This document shows, one piece after another, positions 57,944 through 64,000 of a stretch of 64,000 bases of DNA. The DNA comes from Candidatus Latescibacterota bacterium (GTDB taxonomy: Bacteria > Latescibacterota > UBA2968). The stretch lies in contig OZ241986.1 of NCBI GenBank assembly GCA_965204375.1, positions 3,488,001 through 3,552,000 of the forward strand. The letters run 5' to 3'. The position numbers and the translations under genes are program-made. Within the stretch, counting starts at the first letter, position 1; each line of letters opens with the position of its first letter. The notes below the pieces were generated by a model. It did not search any database, had not been told where the DNA came from, and worked only from the letters and a program-made list of their open reading frames with translations.

Positions 57944-60900
57944 ATGGCAAAAATGACGACGCAATTAACGAAAGCAGTTGAAATCTACTTCAATGACCTG
58001 CAACGGATTCGCGCATTAGGAGGGGGAACTGGAGAGCGGTCATTCTACGGACCGCTTGCCAACCTGCTGAACGCCATAGGGGACACGCTCAAGCCGAAGG
58101 TGTCTTGCGTGATCGAGTTAGCTGATCAAGGTGCAGGCCATCCCGATCTTGGTCTTTATGCGGCACGTCAGATGCAAAAGGGCCAACCACGCGAAGGGCA
58201 AGTACCAGAATGCGGTGTGATTGAGGTGAAACCCGCGGGCGATGACACATGGATGGTCGCAAAGGGCGATCAAGTGAGTCGTTATTGGGAACGCTATCGC
58301 CTCGTGCTGGTGACCAATACCCATGACTTTATACTCGTTGGCGAGGATTTGGAGGGACGTCCGGCCAAACTCGAAACGTTCCGACTGGCCGAAAACGCGG
58401 AGGAATTCGAACGCCTTCTGGAGACGCCGCACGGCTTTGCGGATAAAGTTGGCGCGCGTTTTGGCGAGTATCTGTGCCGAGCACTATCGCATCGCGCACG
58501 TCTGACCGAACCAAAGGATCTTGCATGGCTGCTCGCCTCGTATGCACGGGATGCCCTCAGTCGCGTTGAGGCGTCAAATGACACATCAGCATTGACCGTC
58601 GTGCGCCTGGAACTTGAGAATGCCCTTGGCGTCCGATTTGAGGGTGATCGCGGTACGCGCTTCTTCCACTCAACGCTGGTACAAACGCTGTTCTATGGTG
58701 TCTTCTCTGCCTGGGTACTGTGGACACGACAAACCCCGCCGCCAGATAAACCATTTAATTGGCACGAAGCGGTTTGGCATTTGCGCGTACCCGTCTTGAG
58801 GGTACTGTTTCAACAACTCTCTGACCCAGGACGCCTGCGACCACTCGGCCTTGTCGAGGTGCTCGACTGGACCGCAGATGCTCTTGACCGCGTGGATCAG
58901 GCCGCCTTCTTCGCTCACTTCAACGAGGGCGAAGCAGTGCCCTATTTCTACGAGCCGTTTTTGGAAGCCTTTGATCCCGCACTTCGAAAGCAATTGGGCG
59001 TTTGGTACACGCCAACCGAAGTGGTGCGCTACATGGTTGCCCGTGTCGATAAGGCACTTAAAGACGACCTCGGCATCGCAGATGGACTCGCTGCAGAAAA
59101 CGTCTATGTGCTCGATCCGTGTTGCGGCACCGGCGCATATCTGGCAGAAGTGCTACACCGCATTGCCAATAATATGGAAAGCCGAGGTCTGGGTGCGCTC
59201 ACTGGCGCAAGGATAAAACAGGCCGCGCTGGAACGGGTATTTGGTTTTGAGATCATGCCCGCGCCATTTGTCGTAGCGCATTTGCAGGTCGGGCTGACGA
59301 TGCAGGCACTTGACGCACCATTGGCTGATGATGAAACAGAACGCCCCAGTATCTTCCTCACTAACGCGCTAACCGGATGGGAACCTGAATGGGATCCAGA
59401 AAAGATAAGGCCACAGCTATTTCCAGAACTGAAAGAAGAACACGACCGCGCCGAGGAAGTGAAGCGAAAAACGCCTATCCTCGTAATCCTCGGCAATCCA
59501 CCCTATAACCGATATCCCGGTGTGGGCATGAGTGAGGAACGGGCACTAACGTTGGCTTACCGCGCTCCCAAACGAGTGGAATTATTAGAAAAGAAAGCCT
59601 TAAACGATCTCTACATTAGATTTTTTCGCATGGCTGAACGGCGCATCGCAGAGAACACAGGTCAAGGCATTGTCTGTTTCATCTCTAATTATTCCTGGCT
59701 CGATGGATTAGCGTTTGCCGGCATGAGAGAACGCTACTTAGAGGCATTCGACGCGGTCCGAATTGACTGTCTGAACGGCGATAAATACAAGACGGGTAAA
59801 GTGGCACCCGATGGCTCGCCGGACCCAAGCATCTTCTCAACGCCTAGCAATCCCGCGGGCATTCAGGTCGGAACCGCCATAACTACACTGGTTCGTAGAG
59901 TAGATCACACACCGTCGCGTGCAATCGGTTTTCGCCATCTATGGGGGCAAACGAAGCGCAAGAAACTATTGGATACAGCAGAATCGGAACCAGATGATCT
60001 ATACACCAACATCGTGCCAGTTCTTCCGCTTGGCTTACCTTTCGGATCAATGGCAGTCAGCGAAGAATGGTTCGACTGGCCTGCGTTACCCGATCTGTTT
60101 CCGGTTTTCTTTTCGGGAGCAAATACGAACCGAGACCCGTTTCTCGTTGATATCGATCTCGGCCAGCTTAAGCATCGCCTAATTGATTACTTCAATCCTG
60201 TCTTGAATCACGATGAGATTGCTAGACGCTACCCGGCGATTATGAAGCCCTTGAGTTATTTTGATGCGATAGCAACGCGAGAGACATTGCTTCGACGTGG
60301 AGGCCCGACCCCAACAGGCTTTATTCCTTATACTTATCGTCCCTTCGATACCCGCTGGCTCTACTGGGAGGCAGATACAAAGCTACTGAATGACAAACGC
60401 GCCGATTACTTGTCACAGGTATTCGAAGACAACTTATGGTTATCTGCCGCCAAGCATCTACGCAAACACCCAAAAGAGCCGCAAGCCTGTTTTGCACAAC
60501 ATCTATCTTCGCTTCACCTTATAGAACGAGGGGCAAACATGTTCCCCGCCTACCTCCGTTACGCTGAAAAAGGAAACGACAGCAACTCCGCACAACTCAG
60601 GCCCAATGTGACTATCGAGGCAGGGAACTATCTCAGATATCTTGACGCAAGTGTGGATGACTTGTTCTACCATGTTCTCGCTGTGCTCCACAATCCTACC
60701 TACCGTGAAGCCAATGCGGATGGATTACGCATGGGCTGGCCGCGCATTCCACTGCCTGGCTGGCCCGATGGCAAGGCTGAAGGTACGGCGGATGCCCTTG
60801 TCCAATCGGCAGCGCGAGGGCGCGAACTGGCTCGACTACTTGATCCTGAAGCACCGGTACGGGGCGTTACCCACGGTGGTTTGCGTCCAGAAATCGCCGC

Positions 60901-61309
60901 CATTGCCGTGCCTACGACCAGCGATGGACGCAATATGACTGGCGATGATTTTGCAGTAACAGCAGGGTGGGGACATTTCGGATCAGGCCAAGCCGTGATG
61001 CCGGGTAAGGGACGAGCTATTGAACGCGACTACACGCGAGACGAGCGCATTGCGCTGGGTGATGCCATACTCACGCTTGGCGAAACTACTTTCGATATCT
61101 ACCTGAATGACCGCGCCTACTGGCGCAACATCCCCGCCGCGATTTGGGACTATAAGCTCGGTGGGTATCAGGTGCTAAAAAAATGGCTATCGTATCGGGA
61201 ACATAAAGTTCTTGATCGGGCATTGACGCCGGAGGAAGTCCAGTACTTTGCGGATACGGCGAGAAGGATTGGAGCGATATTGCTGATGACAGCGCGAGAT
61301 ATTTCGTGA
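57944..61309 (+). CDS. Fused restriction-modification enzyme (type IIG / ISP-like, N6-adenine MTase, no helicase)
   Basis: N-terminal HPD..IEVK nuclease motif; GVWYTP; LDPCCGTG; NPPY; YRPFD; WDYKLGGYQVLKKWLSYR. Confidence 0.88.
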   Translation: MAKMTTQLTKAVEIYFNDLQRIRALGGGTGERSFYGPLANLLNAIGDTLKPKVSCVIELADQGAGHPDLGLYAARQMQKGQPREGQVPECGVIEVKPAGDDTWMVAKGDQVSRYWERYRLVLVTNTHDFILVGEDLEGRPAKLETFRLAENAEEFERLLETPHGFADKVGARFGEYLCRALSHRARLTEPKDLAWLLASYARDALSRVEASNDTSALTVVRLELENALGVRFEGDRGTRFFHSTLVQTLFYGVFSAWVLWTRQTPPPDKPFNWHEAVWHLRVPVLRVLFQQLSDPGRLRPLGLVEVLDWTADALDRVDQAAFFAHFNEGEAVPYFYEPFLEAFDPALRKQLGVWYTPTEVVRYMVARVDKALKDDLGIADGLAAENVYVLDPCCGTGAYLAEVLHRIANNMESRGLGALTGARIKQAALERVFGFEIMPAPFVVAHLQVGLTMQALDAPLADDETERPSIFLTNALTGWEPEWDPEKIRPQLFPELKEEHDRAEEVKRKTPILVILGNPPYNRYPGVGMSEERALTLAYRAPKRVELLEKKALNDLYIRFFRMAERRIAENTGQGIVCFISNYSWLDGLAFAGMRERYLEAFDAVRIDCLNGDKYKTGKVAPDGSPDPSIFSTPSNPAGIQVGTAITTLVRRVDHTPSRAIGFRHLWGQTKRKKLLDTAESEPDDLYTNIVPVLPLGLPFGSMAVSEEWFDWPALPDLFPVFFSGANTNRDPFLVDIDLGQLKHRLIDYFNPVLNHDEIARRYPAIMKPLSYFDAIATRETLLRRGGPTPTGFIPYTYRPFDTRWLYWEADTKLLNDKRADYLSQVFEDNLWLSAAKHLRKHPKEPQACFAQHLSSLHLIERGANMFPAYLRYAEKGNDSNSAQLRPNVTIEAGNYLRYLDASVDDLFYHVLAVLHNPTYREANADGLRMGWPRIPLPGWPDGKAEGTADALVQSAARGRELARLLDPEAPVRGVTHGGLRPEIAAIAVPTTSDGRNMTGDDFAVTAGWGHFGSGQAVMPGKGRAIERDYTRDERIALGDAILTLGETTFDIYLNDRAYWRNIPAAIWDYKLGGYQVLKKWLSYREHKVLDRALTPEEVQYFADTARRIGAILLMTARDIS

Positions 61310-61316
61310 GTCTTAG

Positions 61317-62783
61317 CTACACTGATCCCTCTGAGGGATTTTGATATTCAAATCCGAGATTATTGCGAAGGACGTCATTGTTATTTGCTATGGACTTAAT
61401 AAATTTGCTATCCATCCCAATTAAGTGCAGAAAATGCAACTGAAATAGAGCTTCAAGTTTTATGCACAATTTCCATAAGTCCTCTCCACTGGATGCTTTG
61501 TTCTCAAGACTGCTGTCGTAATGTGTCAAATAGTTTCTTGTATCAACCACCTTGCCAATGAAAGAATCACGCTTTCTTGCATTTCCAAACAAGTCTCTAA
61601 ATGGTTCAATCATTTGTTTTATTCGCTTTCGCAATGAAAGCTCATTGGCATATTTCAGTTTTTCATCTATCCATTGCCTTTGCCCATCATCTGGGATAGC
61701 AGTCAATATCGTGTCTATGAGATTGCGAAACTCATCCTCCGACATTTGAGTTTCTTGAGAATTTCTTCTGTGTAGCGTTTCTATACCCTGCGCGAGCGAT
61801 AAGAACTTTCCCTCCAGATATTTGTGACCACCAGACCTGGAAGCAAAATACAGGTTGAATGCAGGCTTTGAAGTCTCGTAGTTCTCAAACCATTTGATCA
61901 GAATTTCTTCGAGTTGATCAGCTACGTTACCATATCCAAAAAACATATTATGCGGATGGATCCTTAGTTTTGTCTCAGAATTTGGCTCGCTTTGATCATA
62001 AATTCTTATGGGGATTTCACGCGTCTTACCATATTCAATTTCTTGCGTGATTTCTTTTGAGTAGCCAGTGACAGAATCTATAGAAACGGTCTTATCAATT
62101 GCAAAACACAGGAAGTTATGGAGCTTGAAGACCAGGTCCAAAAAATATTCAAGAGACCGCATTTTTTTCGATTTCAAAGATATATACGCCTTCTGAGTAA
62201 TATGTCCTTCGGTAAAACCAAGAGAATGAGTCAATCTAAAAAAAAATTTTAATTCAATTCCATCTGGAAGATTAAGCGCGATTTCTTTAGGAAAACGAAA
62301 ATGTATCGAATGGCTCCCTTCCTCCCAATTGCGTTCTGTCTGAAACCCGGAAAACGAGAGCCACTCATCAAGCCCCTCCATAGAAAATTCAAGCGTTGAG
62401 AAAGCAATTTCCTCTCCTTCATCGTAATTGACTCCGATGAATGCACGAGTGGCATGGATAGTTGAGGTTGATACACCGACGGCTAACAAATCTAGTGGCC
62501 AATTGTCATAGAGGCATTTGTCTAACGTAATTAAGTCATTATCAGTTATCCCTACAATGCGATTTATCCTATTTTCCGATCTATTTAGGGTCACATTCAA
62601 TCTATCTGGTGCTCCCCCCAAGCGGCGTTTGTTGAATGCGTAAAACCGAGATTCACTAAATTGGCTGACCTCAACCGTTATCTCTCCTGACTCGGAAATG
62701 CGGAGAATCCCTGGTATTTTGTTTTCGGCATCATCTGGCAACCAGAAAAACCCATGTTTTTCTATTGGCTCAGGAAGTCGCAT
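61317..62783 (-). CDS. ApeA-like HEPN ribonuclease (anti-phage)
   Basis: GFFWLP..PGIL N-terminal motif; FLSLAQGIETLH; HEPN RNYLTH; AAGGAG RBS before ATG 62783. Confidence 0.85.
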   Translation of the reverse strand: MRLPEPIEKHGFFWLPDDAENKIPGILRISESGEITVEVSQFSESRFYAFNKRRLGGAPDRLNVTLNRSENRINRIVGITDNDLITLDKCLYDNWPLDLLAVGVSTSTIHATRAFIGVNYDEGEEIAFSTLEFSMEGLDEWLSFSGFQTERNWEEGSHSIHFRFPKEIALNLPDGIELKFFFRLTHSLGFTEGHITQKAYISLKSKKMRSLEYFLDLVFKLHNFLCFAIDKTVSIDSVTGYSKEITQEIEYGKTREIPIRIYDQSEPNSETKLRIHPHNMFFGYGNVADQLEEILIKWFENYETSKPAFNLYFASRSGGHKYLEGKFLSLAQGIETLHRRNSQETQMSEDEFRNLIDTILTAIPDDGQRQWIDEKLKYANELSLRKRIKQMIEPFRDLFGNARKRDSFIGKVVDTRNYLTHYDSSLENKASSGEDLWKLCIKLEALFQLHFLHLIGMDSKFIKSIANNNDVLRNNLGFEYQNPSEGSV

Positions 62784-62832
62784 AGTAAATTCTCCTTGTA
62801 ATAAATATACCTGATTTGCTATATTGTGTGTT

Positions 62833-63159
62833 ATGAGATGGACAGTAGAGACTCTAAATGCCACTGTAGATAAAGAGCTTGACGCCTTGCCCAATGATAT
62901 GCGTGCTCGTTTTGTACGCATCAGTGAGTTGATCGCTGCGGTCGGTTTGGAGCGCGTTGGCGCACCCTATGTCAAGCACTTGACCGGCCCGCTTTGGGAA
63001 ATGCGCATGAGAAGTAAAGATGGGATATCGCGTGCGCTATATGTTACTATTCGAGACAAAAGAGTCATAGTGGTACGGGTCTTTATCAAAAAGACACAGA
63101 AGACGCCGCGCCGGGAGATTGACCTGGCATTACAACGCGCAAAGGAGATCAGAGAATGA
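62833..63159 (+). CDS. higB: RelE/HigB (Gp49-like) toxin
   Basis: PYVKHL.GPLWEMR..SRALY..FIKKTQKTPRREIDLA. Confidence 0.88.
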   Translation: MRWTVETLNATVDKELDALPNDMRARFVRISELIAAVGLERVGAPYVKHLTGPLWEMRMRSKDGISRALYVTIRDKRVIVVRVFIKKTQKTPRREIDLALQRAKEIRE

Positions 63160-63209
63160 GTAAAGTAAGTGACTTGCACAAGAAATGGAGCCATGACCCA
63201 GAATACCGG
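63101..63209 (+). repeat. 109-bp direct repeat, copy 2 (within intact higBA)
   Basis: Matches 55921-56029. Confidence 0.92.
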
Positions 63210-63446
63210 GCGGCCTATGAAGAACTCGGCCTGGAGTTTGACCTGGCCCGTGTGCTGATTGAGGCCCGCATTGGTGCCAAGCTCACGCAAGCGCAACTTG
63301 CTGAGCGCATGAAGACAACGCAATCGGTCATTGCGCGGCTTGAGAGTGGGCGCGTTCACCCATCCACCAAAACATTGCAAAAAATCGCTCAGGCCACTGG
63401 TACCCGACTCAAAATTAGTTTTGAAACCACCGGCACCCCAAACTGA
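63156..63446 (+). CDS. higA: Xre-HTH antitoxin
   Basis: LTQAQLAERMKTTQSVIARLESG..PS..TL; ATGA overlap with the toxin. Confidence 0.88.
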   Translation: MSKVSDLHKKWSHDPEYRAAYEELGLEFDLARVLIEARIGAKLTQAQLAERMKTTQSVIARLESGRVHPSTKTLQKIAQATGTRLKISFETTGTPN

Positions 63447-63527
63447 GCCAAGCGTCTTCGGAATGTCTTTCCAGCCTTAAGTCCTCAATAATCGTGTTCA
63501 TATTCGGGTACGTGTCAATGCCTTCGA

Positions 63528-64000
63528 TCATGTCCTGGTACCAGAATAACTCATAAGCTCTTGAACTTTCTGCCGAAAATAGCGAAAACTGGGCGATTTG
63601 TTGTTCTTTACATTCATGAGTGGAGCGATGTTCGTTGCCCATATCGACTTTTCCCTACCAACCGCTCTCCATCCCTTCCTTGTCAGTCCCGTTGCACCGC
63701 CTTGAAATATGGCGTCCGCCAGGAGTTCCCAGGTACCGCAAACAGCGTCATTTTTATAACCGTTCAGGACATTGTCCCTAGCATTTGGGTAAGCGGTCTT
63801 GATCGCAGGAATATCGCCAAGTAACCAGGCTTCCCCTTCTTCTATGGCAATACAAAACCGGGTCTCTGGCCTGGGATTACACGCATTCAGAACTCTGAAA
63901 AGTTCCTGACGAAATATTTTCAGACACTTATCATCCAGATCGCAAACCACAATCACTGCTGCTGGGTAGTTATCGGGATAGCCTGCAAATGTCTTTCCAT
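63528..64000 (-). CDS. DUF4276-like protein, 5-prime end outside the window
   Basis: VIVVCDLDD; AIEEGEAWLLGD; NKSPSF; reading frame is open to the window edge. Confidence 0.75.
   Translation of the reverse strand, partial: GKTFAGYPDNYPAAVIVVCDLDDKCLKIFRQELFRVLNACNPRPETRFCIAIEEGEAWLLGDIPAIKTAYPNARDNVLNGYKNDAVCGTWELLADAIFQGGATGLTRKGWRAVGREKSIWATNIAPLMNVKNNKSPSFRYFRQKVQELMSYSGTRT

Noticed and set aside
1-64000. CRISPR array, tRNA/rRNA, retron or DGR
   Set aside because: No regularly spaced short repeats, RNA-gene signatures or reverse transcriptase seen by eye.

Overview
Bacterial chromosomal segment. The gene set (TonB-dependent receptor, T9SS-type C-terminal domain protein, PorV, GWxTD protein, DUF6785-like membrane proteins, many MacB/FtsX permeases, PhyH tandem) suggests an FCB-superphylum lineage such as Latescibacterota or Gemmatimonadota; this is an inference. 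Layout: (1) 0.2-13.3 kb is an outer/inner-membrane uptake-like locus with a duplicated 37-nt hairpin motif. (2) An ECF sigma-DUF1080 fusion is divergent from a sigma54-type promoter that precedes four tandem ABC permeases; a near-identical promoter module precedes two more permeases at 47.7 kb. (3) 25-46 kb is an accessory array of NUDIX, GNAT, methyltransferase, phosphotransferase, toxin-antitoxin and ankyrin genes. It contains an intact tnpB element, a 450-bp protein-less IS200/IS605 guide-RNA-type element and a 3.4-kb cargo-carrying IS1595; the last two both sit in one GNAT gene. (4) Two NAD-dependent epimerase-like genes and a tandem PhyH gene follow. (5) 56-64 kb is a defence island (AAA ATPase + DUF4276, type IIG/ISP-like RM enzyme, ApeA-HEPN, HigBA) bracketed by a 109-bp direct repeat. 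Many collapsed or truncated gene remnants occur at junctions. No rRNA, tRNA, CRISPR array or reverse transcriptase was seen. Family names come from motif recognition, not database searches.
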